64,000 nt of DNA from Myxococcota bacterium (GTDB lineage Bacteria > Myxococcota_A > UBA9160 > UBA6930), in NCBI GenBank assembly GCA_965223415.1, contig OZ245002.1:4032001-4096000 (forward strand), read 5' to 3'. Both the position numbers and the translations under genes were made by a program. The notes under the pieces are model-generated. The model was not told the origin of the DNA and made no database searches. It saw nothing but the letters and a program-made list of their open reading frames with translations. Numbering within the stretch: the first letter of the stretch is position 1; each line of letters opens with the position of its first letter. Below are positions 41,984 through 53,519 of the stretch, in pieces.

Positions 41984-43077
41984 AGAGCTTCGCGTAATAG
42001 AGTGACAGTGGTATCTTCTGCCGTGGGAGGTGGGGGATGGCACGTCGTGACTTTGAGGGGCTGGAGAAGCGTCGCATGCGCGCGGTGCGGCTGTTCGAGC
42101 AAGGCGAGAGCCAGGCCAGCGTCGCGCGGCGGTTGCAGGTGAGTCGTACGACGGCGATGCGCTGGGCGCAGGCGTTGGAGGAGGAGGGGCGCGAGGGGCT
42201 TCGAGCCGCGGGTCGCGCAGGGCGGAAGCCGCGGCTTTCCGCCGAGCAGCTCGAAGACGTGGAAGTCGCGCTCCTGGAGGGACCGGTCGCGTCGGGCTAT
42301 GCGACGGCGTACTGGACGCTGCCCCGCGTGACCGAGGTGATCGAGCGCGTCACAGAGGAGCGCTTCCACCCCGGTCACGTCTGGCGCCTGTTGCGCAAGC
42401 TCGGCTGGTCACGTCAGAAGCCGACGACCCGGGCGCGGGAGCGCGATGACGCGGCCATCGAGCGTTGGGTGAAGACGACGTGGCCGGTGCTAAGAAAACA
42501 CGCCACAATGCCACGATCGTCTTCCTCGACGAGAGCGGCTTCTCGGAGCGGCCGTCGGTCCAACGGACCTGGGCGCCGCGGGGCCAAACGCCGGTCCTGA
42601 CGCATCGCTTCGGCCACTGGAAGCACCTCTCGGCGATCGGAGCCCTGGCCTACTCACCTCATGGCCGCCGCGCCCGCTTCTTCCTCGGACTGGTTCCCGG
42701 CGCCGTCCGGTCCGAGCACATCATCCGCTTCCTCCAGCGGCTGCACCGCCATCACCGCGGCCTCTGATCGTGATCTGGGACGGCGTCAATCCGCACCGCA
42801 GCCGCGCGACGCTGGCCTTCGCCGAACGCGAGCAGCACTGGCTCACGCTGGTCCGCCTCCCCGCCTACGCTCCTGATCTCAACCCCGTGGAAGGCGCGTG
42901 GTCGTGGTTCAAGCGCACGGTCTCGGCCAACTTCTGCCCTGAAGGCCTCGGCCCCTTGGTTCGGACTCTGCGCCTGGCACGGCGCCGACTGACACGCCGC
43001 CGGCCACTCTTGCTGGGCTTCCTCCACAAGAGCGGCCTTTCCTTGCCCTGACCGTCACTATATTACGCGAGATTCTC
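41983..43077 (+). mobile_element. IS630-family element (split-ORF type)
   Basis: 27-bp imperfect TIRs GAGAGCTTCGCGTAATAGAGTGACAGT / GAGAATCTCGCGTAATATAGTGACGGT; TA duplication at 41981-82 and 43078-79. Confidence 0.9.
42037..43051 (+). pseudogene. IS630 transposase in three frames
   Basis: HTH ORF 42037-~42500; FLDESG part 42465-42767; IWDG...YAPDLNPVEGAW part 42770-43051. Confidence 0.85.
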
Positions 43078-43205
43078 TAGCCGAGTGCGCCGGTCGGAGG
43101 TGCGGGAGGCCCGGGCGCAGCCCCTGTTGCCGGTCTGCGGGCTCAAGGCCACGCGTAGCGCTGCGGCACCCGCCGTGGATCCCTACCCGCCCACCGGGAG
43201 TGGCC

Positions 43206-44057
43206 TCATGTGGCGGGGGCATGGGCGCGGGCTTGGGTTCGGTTGGGATGGGGGCGCGTTCGGGTTGTTTCGCGGCTTCCTTCTCTCCTGCGGGGCGGGC
43301 GGGTGTCCCGGCCAGCGGGGGGCGCGGTGCCTTGGCCGGCCCTGCTTCGAGAGGGAGACCGGCTAGGACGCGGGATCTCGGCTGGATCGAAGGCTGGCCC
43401 TGCCTTTCGCCAGCCCGTACCGAGGAGCCACGTGTGGGGGTCGGCGATGGCCCGGAGGTGGCCTCCTAGCCTGTTTCGTGCCTCCGCGACGAGAGCGCGA
43501 TTCCGGGCGGTGTGCTTCCACCCCTCGAACCAGCGCCCCGAGGAGGCCGGATCGATCCGCACGGCGGCGTCCCGCCGCCGTGCGTGCTTCCGCCCGTTCA
43601 GGAGCACGTAGCGGAGCGCGTTCCGCACCTGGGTCGGGGTCTTCAGCACGACGTGGTGATACCGGTCCTTCAGGACCGGCCCCGTCCGCGAGAACACCCG
43701 GTTCACCGCTCGGGCCAGTCTCGCACCCAGCGACTTCATCCCCCGCCCGAGCGCGTCGAACCCATGCGCCTCCACGATCAGGTGGACGTGGTCCCCCTGG
43801 ATCGAGTAGTGCACGAGCCGGAAGTCCCCCCGGTCGCAGGCCTTCGCGAAGGAGCGCTCGACCTCGTGCACGAGCTTCGCACGGCGAAGGGAAGGCACGT
43901 CGTCCCGCACCTTGAGCGTGACGTGACAGGGATAGCGGGAGGCCAGCTTCCCGCGCCGTAGGTGAGGCACGTTCGGGTTCGGCCCCGGCTTCCGCCCGGC
44001 CCGTTCTCGCTTCCCGCCCCAGGTGGGCAACGAAAGCTGCTTCGGTTCCCTACGCAT
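43206..44057 (-). CDS. IS200-superfamily HUH (Y1) transposase, RAYT-like
   Basis: HVTLK, HYSIQGDHVHLIVE (HUH), DRYH, LRYVLLN catalytic Tyr; no tnpB; C-terminal tail probably non-conserved. Confidence 0.8.
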   Translation of the reverse strand: MRREPKQLSLPTWGGKRERAGRKPGPNPNVPHLRRGKLASRYPCHVTLKVRDDVPSLRRAKLVHEVERSFAKACDRGDFRLVHYSIQGDHVHLIVEAHGFDALGRGMKSLGARLARAVNRVFSRTGPVLKDRYHHVVLKTPTQVRNALRYVLLNGRKHARRRDAAVRIDPASSGRWFEGWKHTARNRALVAEARNRLGGHLRAIADPHTWLLGTGWRKAGPAFDPAEIPRPSRSPSRSRAGQGTAPPAGRDTRPPRRREGSRETTRTRPHPNRTQARAHAPAT

Positions 44058-44206
44058 GACAGTGTTGAATCTAGCGATGTATTTTCGATGTCAACCCCAA
44101 GCCGGCAAACATGACGAGCAACCACGGCCAAGGCACCGCGCCCCGACTGGCCGCGATGCTTCCGCGTCGCGTAGGAAAGGAGGACGCCACAGTCCATCCC
44201 AATGCG

Positions 44207-44223
44207 CCCCCCCCCCCCCCCCC
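44207..44223. repeat. C17 homopolymer
   Basis: 17 consecutive C, intergenic. Confidence 0.9.
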
Positions 44224-44256
44224 GTCTCCGCGGCGTCTCGGGAAGCCGCCTCCGGA

Positions 44257-45066
44257 TCAGGGCCGGAGAGCGCCGCCGCTCCCGCGGCGACGAACCAACG
44301 AGACGAGGAACAGCGCCACCGTGACGAGCGCGATCGTCGCACCCGCGGCCAGGTCGAGCTGGTAGGCGAGGGCGAGGCCGGCCAGGCCGGAGGCGGCGCC
44401 GAGGACCATCGACGTCGCGAGCTGTCCCCGGAAGTCCGCGGACCAGAGCGCCGCGGTGGCCGCCGGCACGACCAGCAGCGCCTCGATCAGGAGCACGCCG
44501 ACCAGGCGCACGCCGAGGATCACCGTCACCGCCAGGAGCACCAGCAGCAGCGTCTCGAGCCGGGCCACCGGATGGCCGTAGGCTCCGGCGATCTCGTCGT
44601 CGAAGGCGACGAACAGGTGCTCGCGGAAGGTGAGGGCGAGGGTCGCGAGGACCGCTACGCCGAGGACACCCAGCACCGCCAGCTCGGCGCCGCTGATCGC
44701 GAGCACGTTCCCGAACAGGAAGCCGAACAGATCCTGCTGGGCGCCGCGCCGCAGGCTCACCAGGGCCAGGCCCAGGGCCATGGCGCCGGTGAAGAAGACG
44801 CCGATCACCGTGTCCTGGGAAAGTGCGCTGCGACGGCGCGTCCAGGCGATCGCCACGGCCGTGGCCACGGCGAACACGGCGCCGCTCCACAGCGGGCTCA
44901 CGCCCACGAGCAGGCCGATGGCGATTCCGCCGATCGCCGCGTGGGAGATGCCGACGCCGGCGAAGGCCAGGCCACGCAGCACGACGAAGAACCCGAGCCC
45001 ACCGCACACCAGGCCCACGCCGACGGCGGCGGCGAGGGCTCTCTGCATGAAGGCCAGCTCGAGCAC
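44257..45066 (-). CDS. znuB: Metal ABC transporter permease (ZnuB-like)
   Basis: GISHAAIGG, DTVIG, FLFGNVLAI, FDDEIA, GVLLIEALLVVP. Confidence 0.88.
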   Translation of the reverse strand: MLELAFMQRALAAAVGVGLVCGGLGFFVVLRGLAFAGVGISHAAIGGIAIGLLVGVSPLWSGAVFAVATAVAIAWTRRRSALSQDTVIGVFFTGAMALGLALVSLRRGAQQDLFGFLFGNVLAISGAELAVLGVLGVAVLATLALTFREHLFVAFDDEIAGAYGHPVARLETLLLVLLAVTVILGVRLVGVLLIEALLVVPAATAALWSADFRGQLATSMVLGAASGLAGLALAYQLDLAAGATIALVTVALFLVSLVRRRGSGGALRP

Positions 45067-45072
45067 GCTCCT

Positions 45073-45849
45073 TCAGTGCCCCGGCCCGTGGCGCCCGTGG
45101 TGGTCGAGCTCCGCCCGCAGGAAGTCGAACTCGCAGGCGTAGGCCTCCTTCAGCGCGTGGCTGTGCACGACTTCCTCCGGGTGGCCGTGGACGTGCATGC
45201 GGCGGTTGATGCACAGCAGGCGATCCGCCTCGCCGGCCAGGGCGACGAGATCGTGAGAGACGGCGATCACCGCCAGGCCGAGGTCCCGTTGCAGGCGCCG
45301 GCACAGTCGGTAGAAGGCCTGCTCCGCCGGCAGGTCGAGGCCGACCGTGGGCTCGTCGAGGATCAGGAGTCGGGTGCTGGCGCAGAGCGCCTGGGCGAGC
45401 ACCGCGCGCCGCTGCTCGCCGCCGGAGAGGCGGCCGATGGGCCGTTCCGCCAGCTCCGCGATGCCGACCCGCGCCAGGCTCTCCGCGACGGCCTCGCGAT
45501 CGGCGGCGGTGGGTCGGAGCCGCTGCCACAGGCCGCGGCGGCCCATGCGTCCCATGGCCACGACGTCGCGCACCCGGGCGGGGAAGTCGGCGGGCACGGC
45601 GCTGCGCTGGGGCACGTAGCCGATGCCCTCCTCCCGGCGACGGCCCGGCGGGTGGCCGAGCACGAGCACCCGGCCGGCGTCCGGCTCGATGAGGCCGAGC
45701 AGCGTCTTCAGGAGCGTGGTCTTGCCGGCGCCGTTGGGGCCGCAGATGCCCGCGAACTCCCCGGGCGCCACCTCGAAGGCGATGTCCTCGAGCACGGGAT
45801 GGCCGCCGCGACTCACCCGGAGCTCCTCGACGTGGACGACGGCGTTCAT
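45073..45849 (-). CDS. znuC: Metal ABC transporter ATPase (ZnuC-like)
   Basis: GPNGAGKTT, GYVPQ, LSGGEQRR, LDEP, SHD; His-rich tail. Confidence 0.88.
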   Translation of the reverse strand: MNAVVHVEELRVSRGGHPVLEDIAFEVAPGEFAGICGPNGAGKTTLLKTLLGLIEPDAGRVLVLGHPPGRRREEGIGYVPQRSAVPADFPARVRDVVAMGRMGRRGLWQRLRPTAADREAVAESLARVGIAELAERPIGRLSGGEQRRAVLAQALCASTRLLILDEPTVGLDLPAEQAFYRLCRRLQRDLGLAVIAVSHDLVALAGEADRLLCINRRMHVHGHPEEVVHSHALKEAYACEFDFLRAELDHHGRHGPGH

Positions 45850-46685
45850 CGGGGCTCTCCCAGGGCGCGGCGGAAGGCCGCCGCGTTGAAGCGAAGCAGC
45901 GCTTCATAGCTCGCGCGGGCCGGATCCGCCGGATCGCCGAGGGGATCCACCAGCTCGGTACCGGCTTCGAGCTCCGCAGCGATCGCGCGGGCGAGGCGGG
46001 GAGGGAGCCCTGGCTCCACCAGGACGGCCCGCACGCCCGCCGCCCGCGCCTCGCGCACGACATGCGCGAGAGTCCGCGGGCCCGCCTCCCCGCCGTCCGC
46101 GTGACGGAGCACGCCCACGGCTTCGAGGCCGTAGCGGGCGGCGAAGGCGCCCCAGCCGTCATGGGCCGCGACGTAGCGCGTGCCCGCGCCGGACAGGTCG
46201 GCGCGCAGCGCACGATCGAGGGCGGTGAGCCGCTTCTGGAACGCGGTCAGGCCGTCGGCATACGCCGATCGGTGTAGGGAGTCCCGGGCGACCAAGGCCT
46301 CGGTCAGCCGCGGCGCCAGCTCGTCGCGCACCGCCAGCGGGTCGAGCCATGCATGGGTTCGTGCCCCGGGGCCCCGAGACAAGACGACCCGGCGCTCCGG
46401 CCCCCGCGAAGCCGCGAGCCGCTCGGCCCAGGCGTCGCTGCCGTCGCCGGCGGACACGAACAGGCACGCGGTCTCCACCCGGGCCACGTCCGACGGCCGC
46501 GGCTCGAAGGCGTGGGGGCTCGCTCCGGGCGGGACCAGTGCGAACGCCTCCACGCGCTCGCCGCCGATCTCTTCCGTCATCCACGCCAGTGGCAGCAGGG
46601 TGGCCGCGACCGTGCCGCACGCCCCCGCAGCGGCGGGGAGCAGGCCGGCGAGCAGCCCGAGCACGAGAGCCAGCCGGCGCGCCAT
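45846..46685 (-). CDS. znuA: Metal ABC substrate-binding protein (ZnuA/TroA-like)
   Basis: Signal peptide; PPGASPHAFEP, HAWLDP, HDGW, DPLG. Confidence 0.85.
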   Translation of the reverse strand: MARRLALVLGLLAGLLPAAAGACGTVAATLLPLAWMTEEIGGERVEAFALVPPGASPHAFEPRPSDVARVETACLFVSAGDGSDAWAERLAASRGPERRVVLSRGPGARTHAWLDPLAVRDELAPRLTEALVARDSLHRSAYADGLTAFQKRLTALDRALRADLSGAGTRYVAAHDGWGAFAARYGLEAVGVLRHADGGEAGPRTLAHVVREARAAGVRAVLVEPGLPPRLARAIAAELEAGTELVDPLGDPADPARASYEALLRFNAAAFRRALGEPR

Positions 46686-47611
46686 CAGCAGACCTCGACC
46701 GATTCCTCGAAGTCCTCGGGCTCGATCTGGATCGTCACGTGCTCGATGGCGAAGCGCTCGCGCAGGAGGTTCTGGAGCTCGCCCAGGAGCCGCGCCGGCG
46801 GATCGCCGTCGCAGCAGGTGACGTGGCAGGAGAGCGACACCATGCCGCTGGTGATGGTCCAGACGTGCAGGTCGTGCACCGAGTGCACGCCTTCGGCCCG
46901 GCCGAGCACCTGGCCGATCTCGTCCACGTCCAGATGCGGCGGCGCGGACTCGAGCAGCACGTCGACCGTCTCCCTCAGCAGGGTCCACGCCGAGGCGAGC
47001 ACGAGCACGGCGATCAGCGCCGAGGCGATCGGGTCCGCCAGGGTCCAGCCGAAGAGCCAGACGCAGGCTCCCGCCGCCATGGCGCCGATGCTGCCCAGCG
47101 CGTCGCTCAGCAGGTGGAGCCAGGCGCCGCGCAGGTTGAGGCTGTCTGAACGGCCGCCGTGGAGCAGGACGAGCCCCACCACGTTCACCCCCAGGCCGCC
47201 GGTGGCGATGGCGAGCATCGGCAGCCCCAGCACGTCCGGCGGCGCGGCGCTCCGCTCCCAGGCCTCGACCAGGATGAAGACCGCGACCACGACCAGCGCG
47301 GTGCCGTTCGCGAGCGCCGCCAGGATCTCCATGCGCCGATAGCCGAAAGTGCGCGCGACCGGCGCGGGGCGCAGGGCGAGCCACAGGGCGAAGAGCGAGA
47401 GGCTCAGGGCCGCCACGTCCGACAGCATGTGACCCGCGTCGGCCAGGAGTGCCAGGGAGCCGGTCCACAGGCCGCCCACCACTTCCGCGACCATGTAGGT
47501 CGCGGCTAGTCCGAGGGTCCACGCCAGGCGCCGCCTCTGCTCCCGCCGGGAGAGCCCGGCGGGCGGCCCGTGGCCGTGCCCGTCGCCCGGCCCCTGTGCG
47601 TGGTCGTGCAT
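46685..47611 (-). CDS. Cation diffusion facilitator (CzcD/ZitB-like)
   Basis: His-rich N-terminus; SLALLADAGHMLSD; HLLSDALGS; HDLHVW; HVTIQIE. Confidence 0.93.
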   Translation of the reverse strand: MHDHAQGPGDGHGHGPPAGLSRREQRRRLAWTLGLAATYMVAEVVGGLWTGSLALLADAGHMLSDVAALSLSLFALWLALRPAPVARTFGYRRMEILAALANGTALVVVAVFILVEAWERSAAPPDVLGLPMLAIATGGLGVNVVGLVLLHGGRSDSLNLRGAWLHLLSDALGSIGAMAAGACVWLFGWTLADPIASALIAVLVLASAWTLLRETVDVLLESAPPHLDVDEIGQVLGRAEGVHSVHDLHVWTITSGMVSLSCHVTCCDGDPPARLLGELQNLLRERFAIEHVTIQIEPEDFEESVEVC

Positions 47612-47654
47612 GGGCACATGCTACCTTCCGCCGCCCTCGCTGCCCGGAGACTCC

Positions 47655-48425
47655 ATGGCCGACTTCGAGATCCACACCGTCCTCTGCCTCACCGACAACT
47701 ACGCCGTGCTCCTGCACGACGCGGAAGCCGGCGTGACCGCCGTCGTCGACACGCCGGAGGTCGCACCGATCGAGGCCGCCCTTGCGGAGAAGGGCTGGCG
47801 GCTCACCCACATCCTGAACACCCACTGGCACCCGGACCACACAGGCGGGAACCTGGAGCTCCAGGAGAAGACCGGGGCTCACATCATCGGGCCGCGGAAC
47901 GAGCAGGAGAAGATTCCCGGCATCCAGACCGCCGTGGGGCAGGGCGACAGCTTCGACCTGGGCGGCCACGAGGTCCGCGTGCTCGACGTGCCCGGCCACA
48001 CCGCGGGCGCGGTCAACTACTTCTTCCCGGACGACAAGCTGGTCTTCACCGGCGATACGCTCTTCGCCATGGGCTGCGGCCGGCTCTTCGAAGGGACGCC
48101 CGAGACGATGTGGGGATCGCTCCAGAAGCTGATGGCGCTGCCGAAGGACACGCGGGTCTACTTCGGCCACGAGTACACCGAGTCCAACGCCACCTTCGCC
48201 CTCTCCGTGGACCCGGACAACCCGGACCTGCGCGCCCGCGCCCAGCAGGTGGAGGAGACCCGGGCCGCCGGGCAGGCGACGATCCCGAGCACGATCGATC
48301 TCGAGCTGCGCACCAACCCGTTCCTGCGCGCGGAAGATCCCGGCCTCCAGAAGACCGTCGACCTGGTCGGTGCGAATCCGATCGCGGTGTTTGCGGAAAC
48401 CCGGCTACGTAAGGATAACTCCTGA
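47655..48425 (+). CDS. gloB: Hydroxyacylglutathione hydrolase (glyoxalase II)
   Basis: DNY, THWHPDHTGG, PGHT, FTGDTLFAMGCGRLFEG, GHEYT, TNPFLR. Confidence 0.95.
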   Translation: MADFEIHTVLCLTDNYAVLLHDAEAGVTAVVDTPEVAPIEAALAEKGWRLTHILNTHWHPDHTGGNLELQEKTGAHIIGPRNEQEKIPGIQTAVGQGDSFDLGGHEVRVLDVPGHTAGAVNYFFPDDKLVFTGDTLFAMGCGRLFEGTPETMWGSLQKLMALPKDTRVYFGHEYTESNATFALSVDPDNPDLRARAQQVEETRAAGQATIPSTIDLELRTNPFLRAEDPGLQKTVDLVGANPIAVFAETRLRKDNS

Positions 48426-48430
48426 CGCTC

Positions 48431-48727
48431 ATGGATCGCGGCTGCGCCATCGCCACGGCGGCCCTCGTCGCCCTCGCCCTGCTCCTCGGAGCAGCGCACG
48501 TCCACGAGGTCGTCGTCGGCGATGCACCGGCGATCGCCGTCGCCGAGCATGACGCGGCGCCGGGGCCGTGCCTGGCCTGTGGGGCGTCCGCCCCTGCGTC
48601 GGGCCCCGTTCTCCTGACGGCGTCGCTTGCCGACAGGCACCTGCTCGTTCGGCCCCCGAGCGCCGTCCTTCCCGCGACCCTCCACTTCGAGGACCACCCC
48701 ACGCGGGCACCTCCCGCCTTCGTCTGA
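48431..48727 (+). CDS. DUF2946-like leader peptide (TM, HxH, CxxC, C-terminal RAPP)
   Basis: 98 aa: hydrophobic N-terminus, HVH, CLAC, ends PTRAPPAFV; immediately before a TonB receptor. Confidence 0.75.
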   Translation: MDRGCAIATAALVALALLLGAAHVHEVVVGDAPAIAVAEHDAAPGPCLACGASAPASGPVLLTASLADRHLLVRPPSAVLPATLHFEDHPTRAPPAFV

Positions 48728-48788
48728 CGCTTCCCTCCGTTCTCTCGACCACCCGAGTGCCGGCCCGCCCGGCCGGCGGAGATGCCTC

Positions 48789-50840
48789 ATGCGAATGCGA
48801 CGCCGCGTCGGCGCACGCCCGTTCGTGCTCGTTTCCCTGTTCGTCCTGTCCCTTCCGACCGCCCCGTGGGCCGATGAGCCCGATACCGACGGTCACCACC
48901 GCCACGAAGGCGGTGCTCTCGACGAGATCGTGGTGACGATCTCCGGCCACGAGAAGAGCCGCTTCGACGTCATCCACGGCACCAACGTCCTCGACGGCGA
49001 CGACCTGCGCCGCCAGCTGGAGGCCGGCATCGGCGACACCCTCTCGCGCCAGACCGGCGTGTCCTCGACCGGCTTCGCGCCGGGAGCGAGCCGGCCGGTG
49101 ATCCGCGGCCTCGGCGGCCCGCGAGTGCGCGTGCTCCAGAACGGCGTCGGCACTGTCGACGCGTCGACCACCAGCGAGGATCACGCGGTGGCGAGCGAGC
49201 CGCTCCTGGCCGAGCGCATCGAGGTGCTGCGCGGTGCCGGGACCCTGCGCTACGGCAGCAGCGCGGTCGGCGGCGTGGTGAACGTGATCGACGGGCGCGT
49301 GCCGAGCCGTGTGCCGGAGAACGGGATGGAGGCGGTCGTCGAAGGCGGCTACGGAAGCGCGGCGGACGAGCGGCGCGCGGCCGGCGCGGCCAACGCCGCA
49401 GTGCCGCTGGGCCCGGGCCACCTCGTCATCCACGGCGACGGCTTCATCCGCCGCACCCACGATCTCGAGGTGCCGGGCGGGCGCGTGGAGAACTCGGCGG
49501 TCGAGAGCCACGGGGGGAGCGGCGGGCTCTCCTTCGTCGGCGACGATGGCTTCCTGGGTGTGTCCTTCTCCCGGGGCGAAACGGTCTACGGCGTCCCGCT
49601 CGGAGAGGAAGAGGACGAAGAGGGCCACCACGAGGAGGAGGAACACGGCGACGAGGAGCACGGGCACGAGAACGTCCAGATCGACGGGCGCCAGAACCGC
49701 TTCGACCTGGCGAGCGAGCTGCGTCGCGATTTCGGTCCCTTCGCTGCCGTGGCGGGCCGAGCGGTCTGGGCCGACTACCAGCACACCGAGCTCGAGGGCG
49801 GCGAGCGCGGCACCGTGTTCGAGAACCGCGGCCTCGAGGGTCGGCTCGAGCTGATCCAGCAGCCCTTCGGCGCGCTCGACGGCGTGGTCGGCTTCCAGTT
49901 CCTGACCCGCGACTTCGAGGCGATCGGCGAAGAGGCCTTCGTGCCCCAGACCGACACCTTGCAGTGGGGGCTCTTCGCCGTCGAGGAGCTGCACCTGGAT
50001 CCCTTCACGATCGAGGGTGGGCTGCGCCTCGAGCGCACCGAGTACGATCCGAGCAGGGGGTTCGGCGACGCGAGCTTCACCGGCGTGAGCGCGTCGCTCG
50101 GCGCCGCCTGGGAGCCGACCGAGGAGTGGATCCTGGGCGCCTCGCTCTCGCGCACCGAGCGCGCACCGTCGGTGGAGGAGCTCTTCTCGGACGGGCCGCA
50201 CCTAGCGACGGGGGGCTTCGAGATCGGGGATGCCGACCTGGATGAGGAGGTCGCCTGGAGCCTCGAGCTGACGACGAGGCGCCGGCTCGGTCGGCTGACC
50301 GGGGGGCTCAACCTGTTCTACACGCGCTTCGAGGACTTCATCTTCCAGCAGGAGGCGGGCGGGATCGAGGACGGCCTGCCCATCCGCCTCTACGTCCAGC
50401 GCGACGCCATGTTTCACGGCGCGGAGCTCGACATCGCCTACGAGCTGTTCGAGACCGACGCCTGGACCGGCATCCTCGACCTGGGCGCCGACTACGTCCG
50501 CGGCCGCGAGCACAACGGGAGCGATCTCCCGCGCATCCCCCCGATCCGCGTGCGTGTCGGCGCCGAGGCGCGCAGCACCTGGGTCGACGGGCGCATCGAG
50601 GTGCTGTGGGTCGATGACCAGAGTCGGGTCGCCGACGGCGAGGCGCCGACCGACGACCACACCCTGCTGAACGCGAGCCTCAGCTTCCGCCCGATGCCGG
50701 AGAAGCGCCCCGACCTCTCCATCCTGCTGCAGGGCCGCAACCTCACCGACGAGAAGGCTCGCAACCACGTCTCCTTCCTGAAGGACCAGCTGCCGCTCGC
50801 CGGGCGCGACGTCCGCGTTTCGGTGCGGCTCGCCTTCTAG
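48789..50840 (+). CDS. TonB-dependent receptor, ZnuD-like
   Basis: Signal peptide; DEIVVT TonB box; SRPVIRG, SEDHAV, IEVLRGAGTLRYGSSAVGGVVN; His/Glu-rich loop; terminal F. Confidence 0.92.
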   Translation: MRMRRRVGARPFVLVSLFVLSLPTAPWADEPDTDGHHRHEGGALDEIVVTISGHEKSRFDVIHGTNVLDGDDLRRQLEAGIGDTLSRQTGVSSTGFAPGASRPVIRGLGGPRVRVLQNGVGTVDASTTSEDHAVASEPLLAERIEVLRGAGTLRYGSSAVGGVVNVIDGRVPSRVPENGMEAVVEGGYGSAADERRAAGAANAAVPLGPGHLVIHGDGFIRRTHDLEVPGGRVENSAVESHGGSGGLSFVGDDGFLGVSFSRGETVYGVPLGEEEDEEGHHEEEEHGDEEHGHENVQIDGRQNRFDLASELRRDFGPFAAVAGRAVWADYQHTELEGGERGTVFENRGLEGRLELIQQPFGALDGVVGFQFLTRDFEAIGEEAFVPQTDTLQWGLFAVEELHLDPFTIEGGLRLERTEYDPSRGFGDASFTGVSASLGAAWEPTEEWILGASLSRTERAPSVEELFSDGPHLATGGFEIGDADLDEEVAWSLELTTRRRLGRLTGGLNLFYTRFEDFIFQQEAGGIEDGLPIRLYVQRDAMFHGAELDIAYELFETDAWTGILDLGADYVRGREHNGSDLPRIPPIRVRVGAEARSTWVDGRIEVLWVDDQSRVADGEAPTDDHTLLNASLSFRPMPEKRPDLSILLQGRNLTDEKARNHVSFLKDQLPLAGRDVRVSVRLAF

Positions 50841-50942
50841 TTCCGTCCGATTCGATCCAGCAGGCCGGAGACGTCCGCGGCCCAGCGCTCCCCATCGGAG
50901 AGCACCATGAGCTGATGCTCCGCACGCGCGCTCACGGCCGCC

Positions 50943-52607
<1,665 letters not shown>

Positions 52608-52698
52608 GAGGCGGCCACCCTAGCAACGTTGGCCCCCGGGGGCCCGGATTGCCTAGACTCCTTGCCTCTCGCCCCTCGCGCCCCCGAGGACGTCCTCC

Positions 52699-53519
52699 AT
52701 GAGCTCGAATCCGCGCCTTCCCGGCGATCCGCTGTGGCACGCCATCCGCGAGGACGCGGCCCGCGAAGCCGAGCGCGAGGCGGTGCTGGCGAGCTACCTG
52801 CACGCCACGATCCTGGTCCACGACAGCCTGGAATCCGCCGTCGCCTACCACCTGGCCGGAAAGCTGGACGGGCCGACGGTCAAGGCGATGACGCTTCGCG
52901 AGGTGTTCGACGAGGCCTTCGCGAAGAGCGACGACATCGGCGCCGCCCTGCGTGCGGACCTGGCCGCCGTGCGCGACCGGGATCCGGCCTGCGGCGGGGC
53001 GCTGACGCCGCTGCTCTACTTCAAGGGCTTCCACGCCCTGGCCTCCTACCGCATCGCCCACTGGCTGTGGGGCGAGGGCCGGCGCTCCCTGGCGCTCTTC
53101 TTCCAGAGCCGGATCTCCCAGCTCTTCGACGTGGACATCCACCCGGCGGCGCGGGTCGGCCACGGCGTCTTCATCGATCACGGCACCGGCGTCGTGATCG
53201 GCGAGACCGCCGTAGTGGGCAACGACGTGTCGATGCTGCAGGGCGTGACCCTGGGGGGCACCGGTAAGGAGCAGGGCGACCGGCACCCGAAGGTGCACGA
53301 CGCGGTGCTGATCGGCGCCGGGGCGAAGGTGCTCGGCAACGTGCACATCGGCCACGGCGCCAAGATCGGCGCCGGCAGCGTGGTGCTGATGGACGTGCCT
53401 CCCTACTGCACCGCCGCCGGCGTGCCCGCCACCCTGCACGGCGATTGCGCCGAGGCCGCGAGCTTCACCATGGACCACCGGCTCCAGCCGAGCCTTCCCT
53501 TCGACGGAGAGCCGGACGA

